A stretch of 64,000 bases of DNA from Thermoleophilia bacterium (GTDB taxonomy: Bacteria > Actinomycetota > Thermoleophilia > Miltoncostaeales > Miltoncostaeaceae), in contig JANQPH010000049.1 in assembly GCA_028285405.1 (NCBI GenBank), positions 48,671 to 112,670 on the forward strand. Direction: 5' to 3'. Positions 41,441 to 55,810 of the stretch are shown here, piece by piece. Each line of letters starts with the position of its first letter. Position 1 is the first letter of the stretch. A program made the translations under genes and the position numbers. The notes beneath the pieces are model-generated. The model saw nothing but the letters and a program-made list of their open reading frames with translations. It was not told the DNA's origin and did not search any database.

Positions 41441-42382
41441 GTGATGCGGGTCGCGGTCCTGAAAGGTGGTCGCTCGTTCGAGCGCGAGGTCAGCCTGCAC
41501 TCGGGCACGAACGTCGAGGCGGCGCTCACGCGGCTCGGCCACGACGTCCTGTCGATCGACGTCGACTCGGGCCTGGTGCGCACGCTGAAGGCCGAGCGCC
41601 CGGACGTCGCGTTCATCGCCCTCCACGGGATCGGAGGCGAGGACGGGACGGTCCAGGAGCTGCTCGAGATCCTCGAGATCCCGTACACCGGCTCGGGTGT
41701 CCTCGCGTGCCGTCGCTCGATGGACAAGGTCGTCGCCAAGTCCTTCTTCGTGGGCGCGAGCATCCCGACCCCCGCGTTCATCGCCTTCAGCCAAGAGGCG
41801 TTTCGTGAGCTCGGCGCCGCGGACGCCCTCGCCGAGGTCGAGGCACGCCTCGGGCTTCCGATCGTGGTCAAGCCGGCCAAGCAGGGCTCGGCGCTCGGCA
41901 TCTCGATCGTGCGCGACCCGGCGCGGCTGCCGTCCGCGCTCATGACGGCGCTGTCCTTCGACGACCGGGTGCTCCTCGAGCAGTTCGTCCCGGGGCGCGA
42001 GCTCGCGATCTCGATCCTCGGTGACCCCGAGCCGACGACGCTCCCGCCCGTCGAGCCGGTGCCGATCGACCGGGACTTCTACGACTTCGAGGCGCGCTAC
42101 ACGCCCGGGCTGACTGAGCTGCGCGCTCCGGCGGACCTTCCCGCCGACACGCGTTCGGAGGCGGAGCGCCTCGCGTTGGCCTGCTTCTCGGCGATCGGGT
42201 GCCGCGGGCTCGGGCGCGTCGACATGATCCTCGACAGCGACGGCCGGCTGTGGGTGCTCGAGCTGAACGCGATCCCCGGCATGACCGACACGAGCCTGCT
42301 GCCGGCCGCGGCGGAGGCGGCTGGGCTCACCTTCGACGACGTCGTCGCGAGGGTCCTCGCGGAGGCCGCGCTCGGCGCCTGA
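41441..42382 (+). CDS. ddl: D-alanine--D-alanine ligase
   Basis: RVAVLKGGRSFEREVSLHSG...VAFIALHGIGGEDGTVQELLEILEIPYTGSG...VVKPAKQGSALGI...GRVDMILD...VLELNAIPGMT is canonical Ddl. ATG 41444 is probably the true start. Confidence 0.9.
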   Translation: MMRVAVLKGGRSFEREVSLHSGTNVEAALTRLGHDVLSIDVDSGLVRTLKAERPDVAFIALHGIGGEDGTVQELLEILEIPYTGSGVLACRRSMDKVVAKSFFVGASIPTPAFIAFSQEAFRELGAADALAEVEARLGLPIVVKPAKQGSALGISIVRDPARLPSALMTALSFDDRVLLEQFVPGRELAISILGDPEPTTLPPVEPVPIDRDFYDFEARYTPGLTELRAPADLPADTRSEAERLALACFSAIGCRGLGRVDMILDSDGRLWVLELNAIPGMTDTSLLPAAAEAAGLTFDDVVARVLAEAALGA

Positions 42383-42440
42383 GGCGGCGGGAAGCGACCC
42401 GGGGCGACGCATCCGCCGCCCGGGGCCGCGAGCCGCATGT

Positions 42441-43106
42441 CTAGTTCAGGTTGGTCTCGGTCGCGTCGTTGCACACGAGCTGCGCCGTGATCGGGTAGTC
42501 GGCGTCGGCGAGCGCGGTCTTCGCCGGGTCGTCCGACCACGTGCGGTAGCGCGTCGTCGTCTCGCTCCCCGACCAGCGGGACTGCGCCAGCCCGTGAGCG
42601 TTCGGCGGGTTGAAGGTGCCGATGTTCCCGATCGTGAGGTTCGAGCTGCACTGCACGACGTTCTTGTCCCAGGTCACGAGGTAGTTCCCCGCGCCCTGGC
42701 GGACCACGTTCGTCGCTCCACGTGAGATCCAGAACGTCGTGCCGCCCGTGTGCCAGATCTGGACCCAGTACGGGAAGTTCTCCTGGGTCTGCTCGCTGAG
42801 CGCGCTGGTGGGGAGCCCGCCCGAGCCGGTTCCCGCCAGCGGCCTGATCACCCCGGGCGGCTGGTTGGCCCCGATCTGGCCGCCCTTGGGGAGGAAGTAC
42901 CGTCCAAGCGAGTTCTGGATGGTGTTGGCCTTGCGGATCGCCGCCTGCGAGCGCTCGTTGGCGGCCTTCAGATCGCTCTGGGTGACGGCGCCGCCGCTCT
43001 GCGCCTCGGCGGTGTCGCTGGCGAGATCGATGGCGGCGATGCTGCCCGCGGCGATCGCAGCTCCCACTGCGATGCCGGTGGCGAGCGGCGTGAGTCGAAT
43101 GCGCAC
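42441..43106 (-). CDS. Secreted hypothetical protein, paralog A of a tandem pair
   Basis: The signal peptide is MRIRLTPLATGIAVGAAIAAGSIAAIDLASDTAEA. A helical segment follows (SDLKAANERSQAAIRKANTIQNSL), then a beta-rich domain with 2 Cys. The GTG start follows AGGAGA. It shares GGLP.S.LSE.TQ.NF..WV.I, G.Y.VTW.....QC and ADYP..AQ.VC with paralog B. Confidence 0.7.
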   Translation of the reverse strand: MRIRLTPLATGIAVGAAIAAGSIAAIDLASDTAEAQSGGAVTQSDLKAANERSQAAIRKANTIQNSLGRYFLPKGGQIGANQPPGVIRPLAGTGSGGLPTSALSEQTQENFPYWVQIWHTGGTTFWISRGATNVVRQGAGNYLVTWDKNVVQCSSNLTIGNIGTFNPPNAHGLAQSRWSGSETTTRYRTWSDDPAKTALADADYPITAQLVCNDATETNLN

Positions 43107-43170
43107 GGTGTCTCCTGGGTCGGGTTGGCCTGCGCGACCCTAACCCAGGAGTCCGGGCGCTCCCCAACGG

Positions 43171-43197
43171 GAACGGCCCGCACGAGGCGGGCCGTTC
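43171..43197 (-). terminator. Candidate intrinsic terminator hairpin between the tandem paralogs
   Basis: gaacggcccgc-acgag-gcgggccgttc forms a perfect 11-bp stem, about 60 nt downstream of the paralog B stop. There is no clear U-tract. Confidence 0.4.
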
Positions 43198-43255
43198 GTG
43201 TGACGCGTCGAGGCGCCGTGCTGGCGCGGCGGAGTCGCCGCGTCCCGATCGATCC

Positions 43256-43942
43256 CTAGCTGGCGCTGATCGCGCCGCTCTGGTTGATCGTCGGGGCCGA
43301 GCAGACGACCTGCGCCTGGACGGGGTAGTCGGCGGCCGGGGTCGCTCCGGTCGCGGTGTCGGCCTTCCAGGTCTTGATGTCGGCCTGGTTGTTCTGGCCG
43401 GGCACGTAGTAGACCTGGGTAACGGCGTACTTGTCCGGCTGGCCCATGTTCTTGTAGTAGGCGATCGACGCCTGGTAGTTGCACTGGGAGATGTCCATGT
43501 TCCAGGTGACACGGTAGTCGCCGGTGCCGGTGCGGCTGACTCCGGTGACGCCGTTGCCTTCCCACATCAGCTGAGCGCCGTTGTAGTAGATCTTGACCCA
43601 CTTGGCGAAGTTGGACTGCGTGCCCTCGCTCAGCGAGCTGGCGGGCAGACCACCGCCCTTGCCGCGGGTCTGGTTGACCTTGGGGCTGTTCACAGCGATC
43701 AGCTGCCCCGGCGGGAGCCAGTAGGACTGGACCTCCGAGTACGTGTTGACCTGCTTGATGGCCCGGATGTTCTGGCGCTGGATGATCGTCTGCTGCTGAC
43801 GGATCTCGTTCAGCTGCGCCTGGATCGAGCCGGGCTGGGCCTCGGCCGACTGGGTGCCGGCGTCGATCGCTGCGATGCCGCCTACGGCGAGGACTCCACC
43901 GGCGACGGCGCCGGCGACGAGGGGCTTGACCTTGAATCGCAC
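43256..43942 (-). CDS. Secreted hypothetical protein, paralog B of a tandem pair
   Basis: The signal peptide is MRFKVKPLVAGAVAGGVLAVGGIAAIDAGTQSAEA. The helical segment is IQAQLNEIRQQQTIIQRQNIRAIKQVN. The C-terminal domain is homologous to paralog A. The GTG start follows GGGAG. The gene is visibly richer in K/N/Q/Y codons than its neighbours. Confidence 0.7.
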   Translation of the reverse strand: MRFKVKPLVAGAVAGGVLAVGGIAAIDAGTQSAEAQPGSIQAQLNEIRQQQTIIQRQNIRAIKQVNTYSEVQSYWLPPGQLIAVNSPKVNQTRGKGGGLPASSLSEGTQSNFAKWVKIYYNGAQLMWEGNGVTGVSRTGTGDYRVTWNMDISQCNYQASIAYYKNMGQPDKYAVTQVYYVPGQNNQADIKTWKADTATGATPAADYPVQAQVVCSAPTINQSGAISAS

Positions 43943-44152
43943 GAGAGACTCCCTTTTTTGGTGGAGAGGAAGGGCGGCGCCAGCTTATGGCCGACCCCGG
44001 CTGTCGGCGCGCCGAGTTAACGGGAATCGGCGGAACCATCACGGAATCCATGCGAACGACGGCCCGGTCTTCGGCCGAAACGCCAATAACTGCAACGCAA
44101 TGGTCGGGCTCGGGCCGCACGCCGAGTCGCGTCGTTCGCAAGGATCTGCGCC

Positions 44153-44943
44153 GTGGAGGAGCGTCCCATCGCCGGTGAGGTGCTCGTGGAGCCCGCGACC
44201 GAGGGTGTCGCGGTCATTCGCCTGTCGAACCCGAGCCGCGCGAACGCCATCACCGGGGCGATGCTGCGCGACCTGGCCGGCGCCCTCGCTGGTCCGGCGG
44301 TTGCCGACGCCCGTTGCGTCCTTCTCGGCGGCGCCGGAGAGCGACACTTCTCCTCCGGCCTGGACCTGTCCGGCGTGGGCGCGCTCGACGAGCGGCTTCG
44401 CACGGGCGAGCGGTTGCTCGGCGCCGCCGCTCGGGCGATCGAGGGCTGCCCGAGGCCGGTCGTCGCCGTGCTCTCGGGCGCCGTGATGGGCGGCGCGCTC
44501 GAGCTGGCCGTGGCTTGCGATTGGAGGATCGCCGGGGCGAGCGCGCGGCTCGCCATGCCGGCGGGACGGCTCGGCGTCGTCTACACGGCCGACGGGCTCG
44601 AGCGCTTCGTCTCGGTACTGGGACCCGCTCGCACCAGGATGCTCTTCGCGACCGGTGAGCCGGTCACGGCGGCCAAGGGCCACGCCATCGGTCTGGTCGA
44701 CGAGGTCGTCGAGGACGACTCCTCGCTCTGGGCCCGGGCTCGCGAGAGCGCCGCCCAGGTGGCCCAGACCGCCCCGCTCTCGGTTCGGGGCATGCGCGAC
44801 ATCGTCGGCGCGCTCGCGCGGAACGACCGGTCACGCGCCGACGCGATCGCCGCCGAGCGCCGAGCCGAGGCGTTCGACTCGGCGGACTTCCAGGAGGGGC
44901 TCGCCGCGTTCGCCGCGCGCCGAGCCCCGGACTTCCGCGGTCG

Positions 44944-44947
<4 letters not shown>
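44153..44947 (+). CDS. Enoyl-CoA hydratase/isomerase (crotonase) family protein
   Basis: VAVIRLSNPSRANAI...FSSGLDL...PVVAVLSGAVMGGALELAVACDWRIA is the typical crotonase fold and oxyanion-hole context. Confidence 0.85.
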
Positions 44948-46509
<1,562 letters not shown>

Positions 46510-46773
46510 GGTGTTGCTCCTTCGCCGTGCCAGAGTTTGCGCCGGGGCGAGAGATCGCGGGGTGGAGTGCGACCTCGATGCGTCAACGGCGCTGCGTAGC
46601 CCTGGAGCCTGCCAGATCGGAAACGCTCGGGGACGGTGGGGCGTGACAATTGGGGACAACCGGACGGTTGGAGCCCTTGCGGACCTCGCGGTGACTCCCT
46701 TCGGGTCGGTGATCGCCCGATGCGCGGCACCTGGCCCTCCCGGGTTCGCCGCGCCGATGACATCGTTCATGTC

Positions 46774-47325
46774 GTGAGACGCGCAGATCTCGAGCGCATC
46801 GGAGTGCAGCTACCGGTCCTCCCGGTGATCGCCCTCGGCAGCTTGCCGGGCGATCCGGACTGGGCGGGCCGCCTTGCCTCGCTCGGCGTGGACGTCGTCC
46901 AGAGCGGCGCCGAGGTCGACTCGGTGGAGACGGTGGCCGCGGCCCGGGCTGCGGCGCCGTGGAGCGTCGTGAAGGCCCGGCCGGGTCCGAGCGAGCACCT
47001 CGTCGCGGCGGGCGCGCGCCTGCTCGAGACCGAGGACGACGTTCCCGAGGGCGCCTACCGGCTGCGGCTCGACGCCAGCGCGCTCGTCGGGATCGACTCG
47101 ACGCGAAGCGACGTCGAGGATCCGAACGACATCGCCGCGCGGATCATCGAGGTCGCCTGGAACGGCTCACCCGCTGACCTGTGGGTGGCTGCGCCCGCGG
47201 GCCTCGACGCGCTGCCCCGCGGAGTCGTCGAGGACAAGCTCACTGCCCTCGCGGAGGGCGCCCGCCAGGCGCGTCTGGCGATCGCGAAGGTCCAGTTCGA
47301 GGACGACGAGTTCTTCGCCAGGTGA
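46774..47325 (+). CDS. Hypothetical protein
   Basis: The frame is open with high GC3. The candidate start is GTG 46774 (VRRADLERIGVQLPVLPVIALGSL...). No recognisable family. It is divergent from pckA. Confidence 0.4.
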   Translation: MRRADLERIGVQLPVLPVIALGSLPGDPDWAGRLASLGVDVVQSGAEVDSVETVAAARAAAPWSVVKARPGPSEHLVAAGARLLETEDDVPEGAYRLRLDASALVGIDSTRSDVEDPNDIAARIIEVAWNGSPADLWVAAPAGLDALPRGVVEDKLTALAEGARQARLAIAKVQFEDDEFFAR

Positions 47326-47329
47326 GTAC

Positions 47330-51019
<3,690 letters not shown>

Positions 51020-51090
51020 GGGTCCTCCGGTGGGAGATCGTCGAGAGAGGCGGCCGGGGGCGCGTGTCGCGACCGGCCCAGCCCGGCGTG

Positions 51091-51288
51091 TCACCGATCG
51101 ATGCCGACGAGGCGGGTCACGATCGGCCCGATCAGGATCGCCACGAGAATGATAGCCACCGCGATGAAGCCGAGCACCTCGCTGTCGAGAACCACGGCGG
51201 CGATGCCGACGAACGCGGCGATGATGCACCCGGTCGTCAGCCGAATCGCCTTCTCGACCCGTGCGGACGGCCGGCGGCGCGATGGCAC
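51091..51288 (-). CDS. Possible small membrane protein (65 aa)
   Basis: The candidate start is GTG 51288. A basic N-terminus ([12 protein letters not shown]) is followed by two hydrophobic helices ([14 protein letters not shown] and [19 protein letters not shown]). No homology was recognised, and it could be a chance ORF. Confidence 0.35.
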   Translation of the reverse strand: MPSRRRPSARVEKAIRLTTGCIIAAFVGIAAVVLDSEVLGFIAVAIILVAILIGPIVTRLVGIDR

Positions 51289-51302
51289 TGCGCTCGAGCC
51301 GC

Positions 51303-52571
51303 TCACCCGGCCTCGACGAGGTCGGGACGGGCGATCGCGATCGCCGAGTTCTGGCCGCCGAGCCCGAACGACGTCGAGATGGCGGCGGGAACGTCGACGG
51401 CTCGCCCCGGGGCGCCGAGGACGTGCTCCATGCCGGCGCACTCGGCGTCGACCTCGGTCAGGTTGCGCGTCGCCGGGATCCACCCGTCGCCCATCGCCAT
51501 GACGGTGATCGCCGCCTCGAGGGCGCCCGCGGCGCCCATGCAGTGCCCGTGGATCGGCTTGGTGGTGCTGACCAGCACCTCCCTCGCGCGCTCCTCGCCA
51601 AGCGCCGCCCGCAGCGCGCGGATCTCCGCCGGGTCGCCGGGCTTGCTGGCGCCTCCATGGCTGTTGACGTAGTCGAAGGACTCGGCCGCCAGGCCCGAGT
51701 CGGCGATCGCCATGCTGACCGCAAGCGCCTGCGGAACGCCGTCCGGGTCGGGATCGGTGAGGTGGTAGGCGTCGGCGCTCGTTCCGTATCCGGCGATGGC
51801 CGCCAGCGGGGTGGCCCCCCTGGCGCGCGCATCCTCGGCGCGCTCGAGCACGAGGACCGCTCCGGCCTCACCGATCAGGAAGCCGTCGCGATCGGCCGAA
51901 TACGGCCGGGATGCCTCCGTCGGGTCGCCGTCGCGTCGTGAGAGGACGGTCATGGCGTCGAAGGCAGCGACCCAGAACGGGGTGACGAGCGCCTCCGCTC
52001 CCCCGGCGAGCACGGCGTCGGCGTCTCCGCGCCGAAGCGTGGCCGCGCCGAGCCCGATCGCGTCCGTTCCGGACGCGCACGCCGTGCAGGGAGCCGTCAC
52101 CGGGCCCCGGATCCCGAGATCCAGCGAGACCTGTGCGGCCGCCATGTTCGTGACGGTCGCGGGGATCGCCAGCGGCGAGACGCGGTCGGGCCCCCGCTCC
52201 ATCATCGTCAGCATCTGCTGCTCGCGCGTCGCCGCGCCCCCCGCGCCACTTCCGATCACCGCGCCGACGCGCTCGCCGTCGCCGATCTGGAGCCCGGCAT
52301 CCTCGACCGCGAGCCGGGCGGCCGCGACGCCGAACTGGGCGAACATGTCCATCCGGCGAGCGGCGCGAGCGGGCATGAAGTCGCCCGGCGAGAACTCCGT
52401 CGCCTCGCAGGCGACGTGGACGCGATGGTGGGTGCTGTCGAACCTCGTGATCGGTCCGGCTCCCGAGTGGCCGTCGCGCAGCGCGCGCCAGGTGTCGTCC
52501 TTGCCGATCCCGAGCGAGCTGACGAGCCCGATCCCGGTCACGACGACGGCCGGTCGACCGTTGTCGCTCAT
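51303..52571 (-). CDS. Beta-ketoacyl-ACP synthase II-like protein (divergent second copy)
   Basis: [13 protein letters not shown] and the active-site Cys in APCTACASG are present. The His motifs are retained but atypical ([11 protein letters not shown] instead of HGTSTPxGD; [13 protein letters not shown]), and the C-terminus reads [12 protein letters not shown]. The ATG at 52571 overlaps the upstream fabF stop (ATGA). Confidence 0.85.
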   Translation of the reverse strand: MSDNGRPAVVVTGIGLVSSLGIGKDDTWRALRDGHSGAGPITRFDSTHHRVHVACEATEFSPGDFMPARAARRMDMFAQFGVAAARLAVEDAGLQIGDGERVGAVIGSGAGGAATREQQMLTMMERGPDRVSPLAIPATVTNMAAAQVSLDLGIRGPVTAPCTACASGTDAIGLGAATLRRGDADAVLAGGAEALVTPFWVAAFDAMTVLSRRDGDPTEASRPYSADRDGFLIGEAGAVLVLERAEDARARGATPLAAIAGYGTSADAYHLTDPDPDGVPQALAVSMAIADSGLAAESFDYVNSHGGASKPGDPAEIRALRAALGEERAREVLVSTTKPIHGHCMGAAGALEAAITVMAMGDGWIPATRNLTEVDAECAGMEHVLGAPGRAVDVPAAISTSFGLGGQNSAIAIARPDLVEAG

Positions 52572-53836
52572 CTCGAGTCGACGCTCCGCAGCGCGATCAC
52601 GGCGTTGTGCCCACCGAACCCGAACGAGTTCGAGAGGGCGGCGACCGGATGAGCCGCTCGACCGGCGTTCGCGACGTGGTCGACGCCGGCGCACTCGGGG
52701 TCGAGCGAGTTCAGGTTGATCGTGGGCGGGAGCCAGCCGTCGGCGAGCGCCAGCGCCGTCAGCGCGCCCTCGATCCCGCCGGCGGCACCCATCGCGTGTC
52801 CGTGCATGGACTTCGTCGAGCTGACGGGCGTCGTGTCGGCGCGCTCGCCCAGCAGATCGCGGAGCGCGCGGATCTCGACGGGGTCGCCGGTCGGCGTGGA
52901 CGTGCCGTGCGCGTTCACGTACCCGACGTCGTCCGGCCCGAGGTCGCCGTCCTGCAGGGCCGAGAGCATCGCCGCTCGCTGCCGCGCCCCGTCGGGGGCG
53001 GGCTCGGTGATGTGATGGGCGTCGGCGCTCGCGCCGTAGCCGGCGAGCTCGCACAGCGGGCTCGCGCCCCGGGCCGCCGCGGCCCCGGCCTCCTCGAGGA
53101 CGAGGACCGCCGCGCCTTCTGCCGAGACGAAGCCGTCCCGGTCGATGTCGTAGGGCCGGCTCGCGTGCTCCGGATCGTCGTTGTTGCGCGAGAGCGCCCG
53201 TGTCGAGTCGAGCGTCGCCATGCAGAAGGGCGTGACACCGGCCTCGGTGCCCCCGGCCAGCATCAGGTCCGCCTCGCCTCGGCGGATCGTCTCGAGCGCC
53301 TCGCCGATGGAGTGCGTGCCCGAGGCGCAGGCGGTGACCTGCGTCGACAGCGGCCCGTGGATGCCGAGCGCCATCGAGACCGACGCCGCGGGCATGTTCA
53401 CGATCGATGCGGGCAGGTACACCGGCGAGATCCGCTCGGGGCCGCGCTCGACGAGCGCGCGAAACCCCGCCTCCCACATCTCGTTGCCGCCGTTCCCGCT
53501 CGCGATGTTGACGCCCGATCCGGCGGCGAGCTCATCCCGCGCGAGGCCCGCGTCCTCGAGCGCGAGCAGCGCCGCGGCGACGGCCATCTGGGACGCGCGA
53601 TCGAGCCGGCGGGCGTTCCGCTTGTCGACGTAGTCGAGCGGATCGAAGCCGTCGACCTCGCACGCGATCTTGCACGCGTGCTCGGAGGTGTCGAAGTGGG
53701 TGATCGGCCCCGCTCCCGATCGTCCGGAGCGGGCCGCCTCCCACGCGGCCGAACGCCCGATGCCGATCGGGGTCACGAGCCCGACACCGGTGATCAACAC
53801 GCGACGGGGCGATCGCCCGTTGGAAACCGCTGCCAT
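52568..53836 (-). CDS. fabF: Beta-ketoacyl-ACP synthase II
   Basis: RVLITGVGLVTPIG, QVTACASGTHSIG, NAHGTSTPTGD, STKSMHGHAMGAAG and SNSFGFGGHNA are canonical KAS II motifs. The start is ATG 53836. Confidence 0.9.
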   Translation of the reverse strand: MAAVSNGRSPRRVLITGVGLVTPIGIGRSAAWEAARSGRSGAGPITHFDTSEHACKIACEVDGFDPLDYVDKRNARRLDRASQMAVAAALLALEDAGLARDELAAGSGVNIASGNGGNEMWEAGFRALVERGPERISPVYLPASIVNMPAASVSMALGIHGPLSTQVTACASGTHSIGEALETIRRGEADLMLAGGTEAGVTPFCMATLDSTRALSRNNDDPEHASRPYDIDRDGFVSAEGAAVLVLEEAGAAAARGASPLCELAGYGASADAHHITEPAPDGARQRAAMLSALQDGDLGPDDVGYVNAHGTSTPTGDPVEIRALRDLLGERADTTPVSSTKSMHGHAMGAAGGIEGALTALALADGWLPPTINLNSLDPECAGVDHVANAGRAAHPVAALSNSFGFGGHNAVIALRSVDSR

Positions 53837-53883
53837 TCCAGGAAAATCTAGAGGAGGGGAGTGCCCCGCGGCCCGGAGGGGGC

Positions 53884-54726
53884 CTACAGCGACAGGCCGC
53901 CGTCGACCGCCAGCACCGAGCCCGTGACGAAGGACGAGGTGTCGGCGCACAGGAACGACACCGGCCCGGACACGTCCTCGGGCTGCCCGAGCCTGCCGAG
54001 CGCCGTCGCGGCGAGGATGCCCTCGCGCAGGTCGTCCGGGATCTCGTCGGTGAGCCGGGTCGTGATGTAGCCGGGCGCGACCGCGTTCACGCGGATCCCG
54101 TCGGGCCCGTGCGCACGGGCGAGGTCGCGGACGAGGCCGATCAGCCCGGCCTTCGACGCGGCGTAGTTCGCCTGCCCCGCGTTGCCCACCCGGCCGACGA
54201 TCGACGAGAGGACCACGATCGAGCCGCCCCCACCGGACCGCAGGCACGCGATCGCGTGATCGAGGATCCGGGCGGTGCCGATCAGGTTGGTCTCGATCGG
54301 ATCGCGCCATTGCTCGCTCGACATCCGTACCGCCAGCGTGTCTTGGGTGACACCGGCGTTCGCGACCACGGCGCGTGGCCGGCCCAGCCGCTGCTCACAC
54401 TCCTCGAGCAGCGCTCGTGCGCCGTCCTGATCGCGCTGCTCCGCTCGGAACACCTCGGCGTCACCGCCGTCGGCGCGGATCTCGTCGGCGACGGCCTCGG
54501 CCTCCTCGGCCGCGCGAGCGAACGTCAGGCCGACAGCCCAGCCGTCGGCGGCGAGGCGTCGGGCGCACGCGGCGCCGATGCCGCGGCTCGCCCCCGTGAC
54601 GAGGGCGACGTTCCCGCTAGGGAAGCTTCGCCCCGAGGGGAGCGAGGTCCGGCAGGTGCTCCGGCTCTCCCAGGTGGTACGTCTCGACGTCGTTGCGAAC
54701 GCGCAGGACGAGTCCCACGAGCACAC
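53884..54726 (-). CDS. fabG: 3-oxoacyl-ACP reductase
   Basis: ALVTGASRGIGAA, NAG, SS..G..G..GQANYAASKAG and VNAVAPGYI form a canonical FabG/SDR sequence. The start is unresolved: there is no ATG/GTG/TTG near the expected N-terminus (about 54620), and the nearest in-frame GTG (54726) overlaps fabD by 110 nt. Confidence 0.85.
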   Translation of the reverse strand: MCSWDSSCAFATTSRRTTWESRSTCRTSLPSGRSFPSGNVALVTGASRGIGAACARRLAADGWAVGLTFARAAEEAEAVADEIRADGGDAEVFRAEQRDQDGARALLEECEQRLGRPRAVVANAGVTQDTLAVRMSSEQWRDPIETNLIGTARILDHAIACLRSGGGGSIVVLSSIVGRVGNAGQANYAASKAGLIGLVRDLARAHGPDGIRVNAVAPGYITTRLTDEIPDDLREGILAATALGRLGQPEDVSGPVSFLCADTSSFVTGSVLAVDGGLSL

Positions 54727-55540
54727 GCTTCGGTCCGAACTCCACGAACTTGTCGACGCCGTGGTCGAGGGCGATCTTGACCGTCTGCGTGAAGCGCACC
54801 GGCGCGGTGAGCTGTTGCGCCAGGAGCGTGCGCAGCTGGTCCCCACGCTCGAAGGCCGCCGACGTCGCCGACAGGAACGGGATGCTGGGAGTCTCCTTGA
54901 GCTTGACGTGCTCGAGCGCACCCCGCAGCTTCTCGGCCGCCGGCGCCATGATCGACGAGTGGAACGCCCCGTCCACGTCCAGCAGGCGCGCCTTGATGCC
55001 GCGGGCCCGGGCGAGGTCGACCAGGCGGTCGATCCCGCGGTGCTGTCCGGACGCGACGACCTGTCCCGGGCAGTTGTAGTTCGCCGGCCACACGTCCCCG
55101 GCTTCCTCGCACAGCGCCTCGACGTCCTCTTCGCTCGCGCCGAGGATCGCCGCCATCCGTCCCGGGATCTGGTCGGCGACGTCGCGCGTGATGGATCCGC
55201 GCTCGGCGACGAGCCGCAGCGCCTCGGAGAACTCCAGGTTGCCGCTCGCGACCAAGGCGGAGTACTCGCCGAGCGAGTGACCCATCGTCAGGTCGCCGAC
55301 GACGCCGTGCTCGGCGGCGACGCGGTAGGCCGCGACGGAGGTCGTCAGTACGGCGGGCTGGCAGTGCCGGGTCGAGGTGAGCTCGTCCTCCGGTCCTTCG
55401 AAGCAGATCTTGGCGAGGTCGTAGCCGAGGGTGTCGTTGGCTTCCTCGAAGGCGAGGCGCGCGGAGGCGAAGTCCCGTGCGAGGGCCTGTCCCATGCCGA
55501 CCTTCTGTGCGCCTTGTCCAGGAAACAGCAGCGCGATCAC
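54617..55540 (-). CDS. fabD: Malonyl-CoA:ACP transacylase
   Basis: IALLFPGQGAQKVGMG is followed by the active-site motif GHSLGEYSAL and then NCPGQVVASG. GTG 55540 is preceded by AAGGAGGAGG. Confidence 0.9.
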   Translation of the reverse strand: MIALLFPGQGAQKVGMGQALARDFASARLAFEEANDTLGYDLAKICFEGPEDELTSTRHCQPAVLTTSVAAYRVAAEHGVVGDLTMGHSLGEYSALVASGNLEFSEALRLVAERGSITRDVADQIPGRMAAILGASEEDVEALCEEAGDVWPANYNCPGQVVASGQHRGIDRLVDLARARGIKARLLDVDGAFHSSIMAPAAEKLRGALEHVKLKETPSIPFLSATSAAFERGDQLRTLLAQQLTAPVRFTQTVKIALDHGVDKFVEFGPKRVLVGLVLRVRNDVETYHLGEPEHLPDLAPLGAKLP

Positions 55541-55810
55541 TGCGCCTCCTCCTTCGCCCAACGGGCGACTCGACCTGCCATTCGTCGCTCTCCTCGCACG
55601 CTCGGGCACGACTCTCTGCCGGGCACGGCGAGGCACGCGACGAAGTCAGCGTAGGACGGGAATGTTACGGGGGCATTGCGACCCGGGCAACACCCTGCGT
55701 GTCGGGTGCCCTCGAGGGCTTCGTGAGCGCCTCGGCCCGATTTCGCGGCGCTTTATACCCGCATGCCTACCGTCCGCTTCGAGAGACCCCCGAGACCTCG
55801 GAGGACGGGA

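Noticed and set aside
39598-41943. A 781-aa minus-strand ORF.
   Set aside because: Only the C-terminal ~150 aa form a GtrA-family protein. The rest is antisense to the aminotransferase and ddl genes and has no domain signal.
43256-43942. The lower GC of paralog B as evidence of recent horizontal transfer.
   Set aside because: No mobility genes or repeats flank it. The shift is explained by its K/N/Q/Y-rich amino-acid composition, and its tandem paralog has normal composition.
52572-54310. The N-terminal extensions of the two long ORFs that end as the KAS II genes (track ORFs 51303-53477 and 52568-54310).
   Set aside because: KAS homology starts at ATG 52571 and ATG 53836 respectively ([15 protein letters not shown] and MAAVSNGRSPRRVLITGVG). 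The extensions overlap the upstream genes and are Arg-rich.
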